A stretch of 64,000 nucleotides of DNA from Octopus sinensis (lineage: Eukaryota). Position 1 is the stretch's first letter. Each line of letters opens with the position of its first letter. The position numbers were made by a program, and so were the translations under genes. Under the pieces are notes generated by a model. That model worked only from the letters and a program-made list of their open reading frames with translations. It ran no database searches and was not told where the DNA came from. Where the stretch lies: the NCBI RefSeq assembly GCF_006345805.1, contig NC_043008.1, forward strand, positions 7,378,001 through 7,442,000, given 5' to 3'. Of this stretch, positions 23,844 through 37,815 are shown in pieces.

Positions 23844-23952
23844 CTTTATTTCATTTCAAATTTCCGTCATTGGATTATACCGCGCATGTAGCAAATATTG
23901 GAAGGGCTTAAACGCTTTAATCGACTACACCGCAACATCAGTGTGAGTTTGT

Positions 23953-24003
<51 letters not shown>

Positions 24004-24842
24004 GTGTGTGGGTGTGTGTGTGTGCAATGTTCCTCTCAGTTAGCAGAGGGGAACTGACCCCGAAACACATGACTGCAAAGCGAACTGCTTAGCCAAAATT
24101 TCATTCCTCCGCCTATATATCCACGTATTTATATATATTTATACCTACTTAAATTTGCTGAGGTATGCACATTTTACACATGCCATTAAGATTCTGCATT
24201 TTGTGAGCTTAATCCTTTAATTTTGCATATCTCAGTGTATGCTTCGCAACATATAACTTGAGGTGTATTGAAACATATATTCACTTCGCTTAAAATAACA
24301 CCATATTATCTTATATATCTATATTCACATGTCTCAATATATTCTAACATATAGATTGATATAAGCTGTAATGTTCTCTGCTGTTACACATTAAAAAGAA
24401 ATGCACTTAGCTAGACGCTCATTTATGAATAATTTATGTTTTATATCATGTTTATGTTTGTGGGTTAAATTCATGAGAAGACACTTAAAGTATATTTAAC
24501 ATAAATTATATCTTATTTTAAATCATTTTCAAAAATTTACCATTATGTCTTTTAAAATTACAGACAAATAACAATGATGTAGCACATCATAACATAATCG
24601 TATAGAAAAACAAAATATACCATGTTCACAAGTAATTAAATTCAGAAACTAATATAAAATATAATAGAACATATAATAACAAAATATAATAACATATGTA
24701 ATGAATTGATACAGAACATAAAATATATATTTTGATAAAATGGATTTCGTTATGCTTTTAATTTTACTACATTAACCTTTCCCCCGTTCTTTCAAAATCT
24801 GTGGTAGAGTAATTGAAAACCCACGCACACAAAGAAATAAAA

Positions 24843-24844
<2 letters not shown>

Positions 24845-24892
<48 letters not shown>

Positions 24893-24926
24893 TAATATGT
24901 TATATATTATATGTATATATCTATAA

Positions 24927-24967
<41 letters not shown>

Positions 24968-25054
24968 ATATAATATAGATATATATATGTATGTATGTTA
25001 TGTATTTATATATTGTATATATATATTATATATATATATATATTATATATATAT

Positions 25055-25108
<54 letters not shown>

Positions 25109-25158
25109 GATGTATGTATGTATATATATATATAGTATATATATATTATATATATATA

Positions 25159-25210
<52 letters not shown>

Positions 25211-25277
25211 TATATATATATATATATATTATATATTTATATATATAAATCTATATATACATATATATATATCATAC

Positions 25278-25330
<53 letters not shown>
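24845..25330. repeat. Long interrupted (TA)n tract
   Basis: Visible run. Confidence 0.95.
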
Positions 25331-25331
<1 letters not shown>

Positions 25332-25749
25332 CTCACTCAGACACGTAGAAAATAAATCTAAGCACTGCAAGCACCCACCCACGTGTACAACAGAAATAGC
25401 AACAGCTATACAATAAATAGATATTTTGACTTTCATTAATATTCATATTTTCTAAATCGTTGGTAAATTCAATAGAATTATTACCTTTGCATTTCCACTA
25501 TCTGAGTAACTCACCTCTGATGTCTACTCTTTCAGCATTGAGTTTTTATCGATAACGCATGAGCACGTTCTTAAAATTTCACATTTGAATAACAAAATTA
25601 TTTGTCTTTCACAAAACTTACCCCACATTTATAATTTACTCCCTTAAAACATTTATTAAAGTAAAGCTTGCCATTTTGTTATGTATAAGCCTTAAAACGT
25701 TTATATTTGAACTGTTAGAAACCAGAATAATCTGATAGTCACAGATATC

Positions 25750-26375
25750 AATCTCGTGTCTCCTTTCCTGAAAATAGGAAGAGCCATTCTCATCGTACTT
25801 GTGACTATGGTGAAAGAATGGGTATGGTGGACGCGTCTGAAAGGTCTAGAGACAAACACTTTCCTCTCTGGTCAATGTCTCATCAACTTCCTCAAGTATC
25901 ACTTGAAGAGGAAGGTGAGAGTAGAGAGGGAAGTTTTGTCTAGTGAATGCTTAAAAAAAAAAGATGGGTGAATGTAGCAAGGATGACCCGTGTGAATGAC
26001 GGAGCCAGCTTGAGCATAATCCTATGAACCAAAAAAAAATAATAATAAAATAACGTAAGGAAACAAGAGAGCCACTTACTGTAGTGTTTTTTTTTTGCAT
26101 GAGACTATTGTCCAATGTTCCCGAGGGTTTTTCCGTAGACTTTCTTTTCCACGGATACACCTAATCTGTTTTCCCTTTTTACATTGAGATTTCTGCGATA
26201 CACGATCCCTTTTGATCGGCCCCCACCTATCTTTTTTTCTCACGATCCCTTTTGATCGGAATTCGACCCAATTTTTCTTTCTTTCTTTCTTTTTTCTCTT
26301 CTTCTTCGCAAAAGGAAAACTCTACTTTGTATTTTGTCCCTTTCGTCTTCAGTCATGTGTGGCCAATAAAGAAAC
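25750..26375 (+). mobile_element. Probable 3' end of an L1/Tx1-type LINE (ORF2 C-terminus, 3'UTR, AATAAA)
   Basis: ORF 25756-25971 (VKEWVWWTRLKG...LINFLKYHLKRKVRVERE) resembles L1/Tx1 C-termini; T-rich UTR; aataaagaaa at 26365. Confidence 0.45.
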
Positions 26376-26376
26376 A

Positions 26377-26461
<85 letters not shown>

Positions 26462-26462
26462 G

Positions 26463-26516
<54 letters not shown>

Positions 26517-26578
26517 CGTTTCTCTATCTATCTACCTATCTATCAATCTATCTATCTATCTATCTAGTTATCTATCTG
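26377..26578. repeat. (TATC)n microsatellite
   Basis: Visible run. Confidence 0.95.
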
Positions 26579-27285
26579 TTCATATACATACGTATATATG
26601 TATAGACACACACACAGTGGCACACATACATACAAGCATGCACACACACATCATATATAGCTTAATAAATATACACGCTACACCATGGCTGCAGCCTAGG
26701 AAAATGGAGAATAACCTGTGAACAAAAATACCCGTGTACAAAATCCGATTAAGGGATTACTGAAAAGGTTGTAAAAAGCTCGAGTCCCAGGCAAGAAGAA
26801 ATCTCTAATACAGCTTTAGGAGTGAGACATGTTCTTTTAACACTTCATATGAAAATTTCTTTGAATCGGCAACCATGATCCCAAATATAAGTATATATAT
26901 TTATTTATGTATTATTCAACGAAATTTCAACTCTGTCTGTTTTTTGTTTTATTTATTTCTTTTATAATATTAATATAGCACATAGAATATATAGTATAAA
27001 TAGTATATATGTATATCACATGATCACATGATCGACCAGACCATCAGATGTTGCTACACATCGCTGGTCACAATGCGTTCGCATTGTTTTAGCCTTCGAT
27101 TGACGCCACCCCGCTGGCTAAGCGAGCAGGCCAATATATATATATAGTAAGATGAAATGAAGTATTGGTTGTCTTATTGAATAGATGAAATATTGAATAT
27201 AAAATATTAAGGGACTAGTAACTTTCTTGCATTATAGCAGACTTCAAGGTCCCAGGTTGTGACAGGAGTGTTTCAACTCTGTGTA

Positions 27286-27326
<41 letters not shown>

Positions 27327-29495
27327 ATATAATATATATATATATATATATATGCTTACGTAGATCTATGTGAAACTTTGGTGTCTCTCGTTAATTTCTC
27401 TCCTTTCATTTTTCACTGAAGAAAGAACGTCTCCGAAACGTTGGTTTATCCCCTCCTCACTCCTCACAGCAAGTTTACTGTATTCATTGCATTATTTTTC
27501 TACATAATATATACGTTGCCCTCGCAGAACAAGACCAGCCTCATTGCAGTCTATTTGATCATATATGAATACATACCAACGTACATGTATACATACATAA
27601 TACATACCAACGTACATGTATACATACATAATACATACATACATACATATGTGTGCATATTTCTATCTTTACAAAATGACGCTATTATAACATGTTTGAT
27701 ACTTATCGCATTTCTAGCAGAGTGTATCAACCATTTTAATTGTAGTAATCAATCATTGTAAGCTCCACCCACTACTAAGTGTTTTATAAATATTTCTTTG
27801 TTACGAATCTCTGTGATGATGTAAGCTTTCGCTTTATCAGTTTTGTAATTCCTAGGTGTGTCAGCCCAGTGATAAAATCCCAAAATATATATATTCATTT
27901 GGTATTTGATAGAAGAGCACTGGCTTCTGGTCGTTTATATCTGCGAAGTTATCTTCATATGAGTCTGATTATATTCTTCACGGGTTCGAGTTCAGGTATT
28001 GATGAACAATAGTTAAAATAGGAATTATATAATAGGTAATTCGATACCAGGAGAAAGTTCATTGTTATCTTCGTTTTAATATTGATTTCATGTCAGAAAT
28101 ACAGATTAATCTTAATTCAACATTTGATATGTATCGCGTGACACAAGATAAGTGCGTCTATAATGAGTTTTTCGTCCTGTGTATATCGGTATTTGAAAAA
28201 TAATTATTGCAGTAATATTCACTGCAAGGAAATTAGCCCCTACTCATTTGTTTGAAGGTTTTGTGAAAGGGTTACTGTTTATTCTCGGTTGTATTTATAA
28301 CTAACAACGCAACAACGGAAGATAAGTTTGCGTTTGACGAAGGATTCTCGGTAAAAGTAGTTGTACAGTCACATTATCCGACTATATGACATACGCGTGG
28401 TACTACATATGCCGCCAGAATTTCTATCGTCTCTTGTGGCTTGGAATGAGCATTCTTTTGCCTTGAATCTAAATTACATTGAAGAAAGAATCACAGAACA
28501 AAGGTCACTTTCCCGTTCCTTACTCCCGGGTCACCTGACAGAATCCATGCTAGGGATGCACGGCGATATCCAATACATTGTATGTGTCTCACCGTGCTCT
28601 GTGGTATTCGACACAGACTGACGTTAATGGTTGTCGTTTTTCAGTGTGTTGAAACTTGCTGGTCGCGCAATCTATCGAAAATCCGGGTTTGTATGTATCT
28701 TAAAAGAAATATACAATACTGAAGATTATTTCATTTTCCAGGATTGATCCACTCTTTAACAGACTTTAATTTTCATTTAAAAAGTTGGTCAAAAAATAAC
28801 TCTTTTCATCAAGCCGGACTTCGATTTCCCAGTTTAGTCGGCAAAACTCCGGTTCTACAAGGTTTCATATAGCATGTAGCGCTAACGAAATAATACCTGG
28901 AATTGACATCTTCAAGCAGATGAGTATTGTAATTTTGGACAGAAAATATATCCTAATAGTGTGTATCGCACTAGCTAAAGCTCTTAAATTCTGAACGATT
29001 ACGGTGTGAGCGTTTCGTTTAAAGGAGTTTAAATTGAGCTTGAAAATCCTTCTGGTTCTACGGAAGTCTAGATTATATATATTCGATGAAATGATTGTAA
29101 TTAATCATTTCATATTATTGGAAGATTAACTAATGTTTCATGTTAATCTTTTCGTCTTGTGGCGTGATTTACATTACAGAATGCAGGGAGAAACCACACA
29201 CGCTGTTACCATATACTACTTTCGGTAATAAATCTATGTCACCATTCGTGGATTTAAGTTGATTTTCATTTACATAGGATCTACGATACATTAGGAATCA
29301 ACAAGTGTTAAATATGGTATTTCGTACACAAGTTTTATATACATGTTTGCCTTCGGTAAAATTCAATGTGTGCTATAAGGCGAGTCTATATATATATATG
29401 GATGGATGGATATATATATATAGATCAATCAAACCATGTAGATATATATATGTGTGTGTGTGGTGTGTGTGTGTATATGTATATAAATATATATG

Positions 29496-29544
<49 letters not shown>

Positions 29545-29547
<3 letters not shown>

Positions 29548-29718
29548 CTTAGGAGTGGCTGCGTTATAGTAGCTTGCATACGAACCACATGGTTCCGGGT
29601 TCAGTCCCACTGCATGGCATCTTGGGCAAGTGTCTTCTACTATAGCCTCAGGCCGCACAATGCCTTGTGAGTGGATTTGGTAGATGTAAACTGAAAGAAG
29701 CCCGCCGTATATATGTGG

Positions 29719-29801
<83 letters not shown>

Positions 29802-30014
29802 GTGTGTGTGTGTGTGTGTGTGTGTTTGATGTGTATCTTGGCAACCGATGCTGGTGTGTTTACGTCGCCGTAACTTAGCAGTTCGGAAAAAGAAACCGAT
29901 AGAATATGTACTAGGATTACAAAGAATAATTCATGGGGTCGATTTGCTCGACTAAAAGGCTGTGCTCCTGCATGACCAAAGTCAAATGGCTGAAGCAAGT
30001 AGAAGAGTAAAAGT
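29545..30014 (+). mobile_element. SINE family A, full length, flanked by (TA)n
   Basis: Head, TA/TG centre and tail all present. Confidence 0.9.
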
Positions 30015-30037
30015 GTATATATATATATATATTATAT

Positions 30038-30079
<42 letters not shown>

Positions 30080-31424
30080 TATACACACATATGCATACAT
30101 ACACATAACTGTTGTTCTTATAGAATGTACATATACCAAAGAAATATTACAGAAACTATTTTACAACTGATCAGGAAAGATATGTAATGTAGCTACTTGG
30201 CGAGGTAATTCGTGAAAATGATCTCTTTTGAATTATTGTATCCAAGCAACCAAGCCAGAAAAACAAAAATGAACCCTTACAAAACAATGAAAGATGCTAA
30301 AATATATATATTGAAGCAGGTCCTGCTTCGTTATATAATTTATATCCTACAGAATGGCTTCCAGCTAAATATACAATACAGAACTCTTTTATAATATTTG
30401 ATTAAACGTACATAGAGAATAAATTGAATTACAAACGGTATCGAACCCAAAATATTTTTTATATTGTGACTTTATTTTCCTAATTTATGAATGTTGTAAC
30501 AATATCTAATGTCTGTTCGTGCAACACATGAAATTGCACAGAATATGGGATTTTCGTAGGACTTCCAACATTTTCGTAGGCCTTCCAACTTTTTTTAATT
30601 TACAGTAATGACTACACCCTCCTCCATTTTCTTATTTTTCCGATCCTATTTCCTAAAGTTTACATGTTCAGATGTCATCGAGATCTTGTGAGAAAATGTG
30701 TTTATTTCGAAATACGTTGTTATGTGAACGATGCGAAGAGAAAAAGGAGAAAAAGTGGCACAAGAGTAAACTGCTTTGTAATGGAATTTCAATGGGTTGA
30801 CCACATCAAATGGAAAAGAAAACTCTCCCTCTGGCGCTCTGTCTTTGTCTGTCTGTCTGTCTGCCTCTCTCTCTCTCTCTCTCTCTCTCCTTTCCACATC
30901 CTTTATTTTACTTTTTTTCTTTTTCGTAATTTTACTGAAACCTTTTTCTCTGTCTATTTTTCTCCTCCCCCCCCTTTTCCCCAAAGAAAAAAAACGAAAA
31001 TATTTTTCTCTTCTAAACAAAGCAAAAAACATCCGATTCATATAAATGAACAAGGAAACGTTTTGTTTGTATTATTCTTGTGTTCGATAAAGGAATGAAA
31101 GCGCTAATAGAGAATTATCCAAAATTCTGACTGCCTGCTGTTTCTGAATATACAATGACTGTATAATACTTCAAACACTCTATACGTACATACATACATA
31201 CATGCATGCATACATATATACATGCATGCATGCATGCATACATACATACAAACATAATATATACATACATACATGCATACATATGTATGTGTGTGCTGCG
31301 TGTGTGTATCCAGGAGTAAAAACTACTACTCAAAGTTTCACATTTCCCGTTTGTCGGGCAGCTGTGATCAAGAATGGAATAACGTTGTGATTGTACATGT
31401 AATATATAATTTGATATCGCAGCG

Positions 31425-31546
31425 TTACTCATTTTTGTCAGCTGAGTGGACTGGAGCAACGTGAAATGAAGTGTTTTCCAGGAATCGAAACCACAATCTT
31501 ACGATCATGATGCTGACACACTAACCACTAAACCATGCGCTTCCAC
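31425..31546 (-). mobile_element. SINE family D/E head fragment
   Basis: cagctgagtggactggagcaacgtgaaatgaagtg...aatcgaaacc...ctaaccactaaaccatgcgc. Confidence 0.7.
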
Positions 31547-32579
31547 GCACACTAACTATACTGGTGCTTATCTTCTTGAGAACGGTAAAACTATCAGGAC
31601 ATAATTGGCACTCTTCACAAACCAATGGAGTGTGATGTTGACCACAAAGAGGATGGGTGAGTTTAATCTGGTCAGAGCGTGGCTCTTATTTCTTCCCATT
31701 TTCCTTGTAGAGATGCCACCCCGGTGATTAGGTGGGAAGGCCAACATTTCAGCGCAATGGAATATTAATCCGTGGCAGAATTACTGAGTTAAATGTAGCA
31801 ATGTGAAATGATGTTTTGCTCAAGAACACAAAGCATCAGCAGTGTTGGAACGAAACCTTTATCATGTGGACGTGAATAGAATACTTTATCCAGTTGGCCA
31901 TGAACCTTCACAGACACACACATACACACACACACAGATGTGTACATATATATGTATGTTTGTGTGTATGTGTGTGGTTGTAATTTGACTAAAATTAATA
32001 CAGAGCGAACAGATATTCTCGGAAAAAGACTTTCTACAGTGAAGAGAAAAAAATGTCTCGAAAATTGGTTTGGAAACAAATTCTCTCATTCACATTACTT
32101 AATCGTTCAAAGTTTTTCTATTCTTATATAATATGTCCCAAACATAAAAATTAATTTTCTACAATAATTACTTTTTGGTTCTGTTGTTTTTGCTAAAATA
32201 ATTACTCATAGATTTTGTTTCAATTTCATTGTGAGGTCTATTTGTATTTTATTGTTCAATAATCATAAAGATTAATTTAAATTCTAATTTAAATTTTAGT
32301 GCTGTGTTGTTTGATTCTATTTTATGGCTTGTTCTGCACTTAGAGTGATCAGATGCATACTTCGGAACCTCGGAACTTTCTGCTCTCGACTGTCATTAAA
32401 CGATTCCTACAATTCGGCATTTGTAAATACTGCAGCTGTTTGCCCCCTTTTTCAGATTTGCATATTCTTGGAGATCCTACATTTCAGACTTTGTATTTAG
32501 AAGAGGATTTTGGTTATCGAAATATAAATTATTGAGAAGTTGCCAATGTAATTCTCAATTTGGGGCATGCAAAATGCAT

Positions 32580-32629
<50 letters not shown>

Positions 32630-32657
32630 ACGCACACACACACACACACGCACACAT

Positions 32658-33116
32658 AGGCACAGGCGTGGCTGTGTTGTAAGAAGTTTGCATCCCGACC
32701 ACACGGTTTCAAGTTAAGTCGTTCAATCCCTCTGCGTGGCACCTTGCATAATTTGTCTTCTGTTATAGCCTCGAGCTAAACAAAGCCTTTTGGTAGACGG
32801 AAACCTAAACACACCCGTTGTCAAGCAGGGACCAAACACAGATGCAAAGACACACACGCGCACACACATGTATAGGCAGGTGTGTATGTATGTTTTTGTA
32901 TTTTTGTTTGGTCCGCACCACTGTTTGACAATCGTTGCTGGTGTGTTTACGGTTCGTTAGTTACCGGTTCGGCAAAATAGTTCAATGGAATAATTACCAG
33001 GCTTTATAGAAAAGTGCTGGAGGTCGCTTCATTCGACAACATAAAAAATATATTTAAGTGGGTGCCCCAGCATGGTTGCAGTCTAATGACTTAATCAAGT
33101 GAAGGTTAAAAGATAC
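32658..33116 (+). mobile_element. SINE family A, old diverged copy with an internal inverted duplication
   Basis: aggcacaggcgtggctgtgttgtaag head; tail gggtgccccagcatggttgcagtctaatgact. Confidence 0.8.
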
Positions 33117-33134
33117 GCATATATATATATATAT

Positions 33135-33194
<60 letters not shown>

Positions 33195-33290
33195 CGGGAA
33201 GGTCTACGAAAATAAACAAAAGATGTAGGCGGGTGGAGTAGAAACAAACAAATGTATTAGTATGGCGCTGAGGAATAGAAATAGAACAAG

Positions 33291-33328
33291 TCTTTTACGT
33301 TTCGAGCCTACGCTCTTCGACAGAAAGA
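33291..33328 (-). ncRNA. Minimal type I hammerhead-ribozyme-like motif (one core substitution)
   Basis: Minus strand UCUUU-CUGUCGA-A-GAGC-GUAG-GCUC-GAAAC-GUA-AAAGA; stems I and II pair fully. Confidence 0.5.
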
Positions 33329-33394
33329 TACACAGAAAAAAACAAGGAGAGAAAAAAATGCGTGTAGGAGCTAACGATCTATCATGGCGTCCTG

Positions 33395-33426
<32 letters not shown>

Positions 33427-34777
33427 ATTTGTGTGTGTATATGTGTGTGTCTGTGTGTGTGTGTATGTGTGTATGTGTATTTGTGTGTGTGCGTATCTCT
33501 GTGTGTGTACTTTTAATTATACTGATATAATACTGAAAGGTTTTCACCCCTGATGCTATCATGCAGATGTGTTCACACATATCCACCTTGCAGAAATGTA
33601 TATATCATTTGAGAGACGTTTGTAGAACGCGTGATAGCTGCCAGGCGTGTGTCGTAATTATGTGGTGGATTACAGATATTGCAACACAGTTAAGTATATT
33701 CACATATAATTTCAAATATAAATATTTGTCTAAATCTAATATTCGCCTCCTGTAGTTGCAGAGCACGAGATTAGTCTAATCGAGCAGTCATCTGATAAAT
33801 TATATTCGAGCCATGATGATTTTTGTCTATTTAGATATAAACTACAATACCAATTTGTAGCTTCCATTTTTATACTATTTCCATTATTTTGAAACACGAA
33901 ATATAGCCTGAACCTGTTATTCATTAAGTGTCGTTATTATTTTGGGTTTTGAAATAAATGAATGTCTTTATATTTCTATAGGTTGTTGCGATATGACCGC
34001 TTCTTTTGTTGTTACGATATATGAGAAGAATACGTGTAGCTACAGCAGGGATACAAATCTGGTTTGTCATTAAACAGGGTTATTGAGTTTTCACGCGTAG
34101 TTAAACGTATATCGAAGCACATAATTCAAATAGATTACTCTGAATCTAAGCAAGAAGATGAAGTATTTTATTTTTAATATCTTACATCCCATGAAGCTGT
34201 GTAACGGAAATAGCGAAATAAATAAATCAATTAACGAACTCCTTTCTTTATTCATTATCAATAATATTTGATCCCACTTATTGAATCAGTTAAATTTAAT
34301 TTAAACCTAAACTCGCGGATCACGATTTCTTTGGCGTACACGTGACTGTGATAACGAAATAAGTAAACGGAATTGCAGAATGAATAAATAAACAGCAACA
34401 TTAACCTTTATTCCTATCTTGGCTACACAAGAAGGGGAATTATTGGATAAGCATATGGTGCTTGATTATATTCTTTTGATTTCCTTATATAGACATAAAT
34501 AAAGAAAACAGTGGAATATAAATAACAACTCAAACGATAATTGAATATAAATACTTAAAAAAAAAATAACACAAAACTCTAATAACAGAAGAGAAAATAT
34601 ATTTTCAATTCAAAGTATCTTAAGTAGTTATCATTATTTTTAGAATGGAAGACATAATGTATTTCTAAATTCATTTGTTTTTTTTTTATCTCCTTTATTT
34701 TTTTACTTTCTGGAATTAAATATCACAAAATAATAAAAATTAAATATTTATCTCAGTCTCTGTCACTCTCTCTCTTT

Positions 34778-34811
<34 letters not shown>

Positions 34812-35128
34812 CTTACACATATGTACACTCACCGAACGTACGTACGTACGTACACACTTCTCTATTAACAACGACTCTAAGATGTTAATAATTTTACATT
34901 ATATAAATTCGTTGGAAAAACAAATCGCAAATAAATAAAATTCGTTTCCACTCTATTTCGTCTTTTCTTACATTAATAACAACACTCTCATTATCATTCG
35001 TTATTATCAGTATTTTCCTTCCTCATTTTTATTTCCCCCCTCCTCCTGCTCCTCTTCCTCCCCATCGTCCTCCTCCTCTTGCTCTTTTCCTCGTTCTTCT
35101 TTTCTACCTCTTTACTACTACTACTACA

Positions 35129-35166
<38 letters not shown>

Positions 35167-36589
35167 AACTACCACCACTACTGCTACTGCTGCTGCTGCT
35201 GCTTTCGTTATTAGATATTTATCTTATTTATTAATATTGAAAAATAGTCCTGAGGGTATTAGAAGTGGGTGAGAGCACAATTGAATAGGTTTATATATTT
35301 AAGTCACGATTTCTAAAGTTGAAGGTAATAAAAAGATATAACAGACGAAAGATTCGATGAAAAAAAAATCTCCATTCATTTCAGGAAACATAAGAACTGA
35401 AAATAAAAAAAAAGAAAATTAAACAAACACAAAGAGGAAATTGAAGCCACATATGCCCACCACCGAAACCTTCTTTGGTTTTACTACTACATAGTAGTTT
35501 TCGGTGTGTAAAATAACGTGATTCAAATGGTGTTCGTAACGCGAATCATTGGGGCATAGAAATCATACTGGTGATAACTGATTGACAACGCTATACTTAT
35601 TCATCAGTTTTTTTTTTCTTACGGCTCTGATAGAATTCTTATTTGCACCATTTGCTGGCATCAGTGATTTCAACATCGCCAACATCACCAGAAGCCACTA
35701 GTAACGATACCAACAACAACAACAGCAACAAAAATACCTCAAGCATCAACACAAACACCCCCCCCCCTCTACAAGAAATCTTTCGACTGACGTCTGAACA
35801 TTACAACCACCATAACAAAGGCCAAACCATTTTTACTTTTGATATTAAAAGCCCGTAATAGTTTCGCTGATATCAAGGATATCGTTAAAAATTCTAATAA
35901 ATATAAAGACATATTTAATATCTATTTATCATGGTTGCTTGTTGGCGCATTTTTTCTTTCTTCCTTTCGTTATTTTCTCTCATGTCTTCCTTTCCGTTGG
36001 TTTGGGCTACATTCTCTAATCTTTTCTTTTATTCTGTGACTCGACGAAGTTTCCTTTGCCGATATATAGATTAGATTTCAAGCAATTTGTAAACGGCTTG
36101 TTTTCTAGGTTCTTACAACAGGATTACTATTATGAAAGCTAATAATATTAAAGGGAGCATGTAGTGTACAAAATAAGACGCAGATTAATATTAATATAAA
36201 GTATTAATATAATAGTCAAAGCTTACAAACATACTTGAATATGCGTGTATATATGTGTGTGTGTGGTGTATATGTGAGTGGATATAAATACATATATTCG
36301 GACATACTGAAGCAAGCGCACATATGAAGCATATACGCCCACATTAATGCACATATATAATGACAAATGTATCCACAAATATACTGACATATGCAAATAT
36401 GCCTACCGACATCCGACCAATATGCTGACGAAAGCTAAAATAATAAACAGCCCTTTAGATAGGGGTCATCGAAACCATAGTGCATGCGGTGACAGACTTT
36501 TAACTTAACACTTCTTCGATAGCGTGATGTCTAAGTATCCACATGCAAATATAGTTCCATTGCCACACAGTGTATCCTTAGTTCTCACT

Positions 36590-36711
36590 CATACATGCAT
36601 ACATACACTTATACATGCATACATACACATATACATACATGCATACATACATGCATACATACATACATATATACATACATACATACATACATACATACAT
36701 ACATACATACA

Positions 36712-36742
<31 letters not shown>
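36590..36742. repeat. (CATA)n microsatellite
   Basis: Visible run. Confidence 0.95.
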
Positions 36743-36813
36743 TTGTTCACATAATGTGAGCAGCTCTACAAAAGTGCTTGACTTCTGTTACCTTGTCTCA
36801 CAGAACAATATCA

Positions 36814-37235
36814 GGTCGGCGAGCGGTGAGCTGGTAGAAACGTTAGCAGCCGCGCGAAATGCTTAGCGGTATTTCGTCTGCCGTTACGCTCTGAGTTCAA
36901 ATTCCACCTAGGTCGACTTTGCCTTTCATCCTTTCGGGGTCGATTAAATAAGTACTAGTTATGCACTGGGGTCAATATAATCGACTTAATCCGCTTGTCT
37001 GTCCTTGTTTGTCTTCTCTGTGTTTAGCCACTTGTGGGTAGAACAGAAATAGGTATTTCGTATGCCGTTACGCTCTGAGTTCAAATTCCGCCGAGGTCGA
37101 ATTTGCCTTTCATCCTTTCGGGGTCGATTAAATAAGTACCAGTTACGTATTGCGGTCGATATTATCGACTTAATCCGTTTGTCTGTCCTTGTTTGTCCCC
37201 TCTGTGTGTAGCCCTTTGTAGGCAGTAAAGAAAAA
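36814..37235 (+). mobile_element. SINE family B dimer (full monomer plus head-truncated monomer) with 12-bp target-site duplication
   Basis: Junction gaaataggtatttcgt at ~37050; agaacaatatca at 36802-36813 and 37236-37247. Confidence 0.9.
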
Positions 37236-37469
37236 AGAACAATATCATGTCTATTATATTTGCAGCGAATTGATGTTCTTATTGGGGTATTCCACAAGTT
37301 CTACTTTAAACGATTTGTATAATTGAGTGTGGAGAGGAGAGGCTGGCATGCCTGGGCGACTACCGTGTGCTTCCATAAACAACTTTATGGAAGCACACGG
37401 CCCTCGCGTTTCATAGGGGATTTTTTCTTGGTTCTGTTGGAAGGGGGTGTTTTAATTCTAGTGAAGTCA

Positions 37470-37762
37470 CATGGCTCAGCGCATAGAATCATGAGATAGT
37501 AGGTTCGATTTTGGGGCCAGGCTGTGTGTTGTGTTCTTGAGCAAGACACCTAGATTCACGTTGCTCCAGGTCATTCAGCTGTAGAAATGAGTTATGACGT
37601 CACTGTGCCAAGCTGTATCGGCCCCTTTACCTTTCTCTTGTACAACATCAGTGGCATGGAGAAGGGGGGATAGTATGCAAGGGCACCTGCTGGTCTTCCA
37701 CAAGCAATCGAGCCTTGAACTTTCTAGGTGCAATCCTAGGGTCCTTCATAGCCGAAGTAGGT
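37470..37762 (+). mobile_element. SINE family D, diverged
   Basis: tgttgtgttcttgagcaagacac...cagctgtagaaatgag...gccaagctgtatcggcccc...ctaggtgcaatcc. Confidence 0.8.
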
Positions 37763-37781
37763 TTCTACTCATTTTAAGTGC

Positions 37782-37815
<34 letters not shown>

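Noticed and set aside
27015-27135. Probable repeat fragment (gacgccaccccgctggctaagcgagcaggccaa, weak match at ~31712-31745)
   Set aside because: Cannot be classified from this window alone
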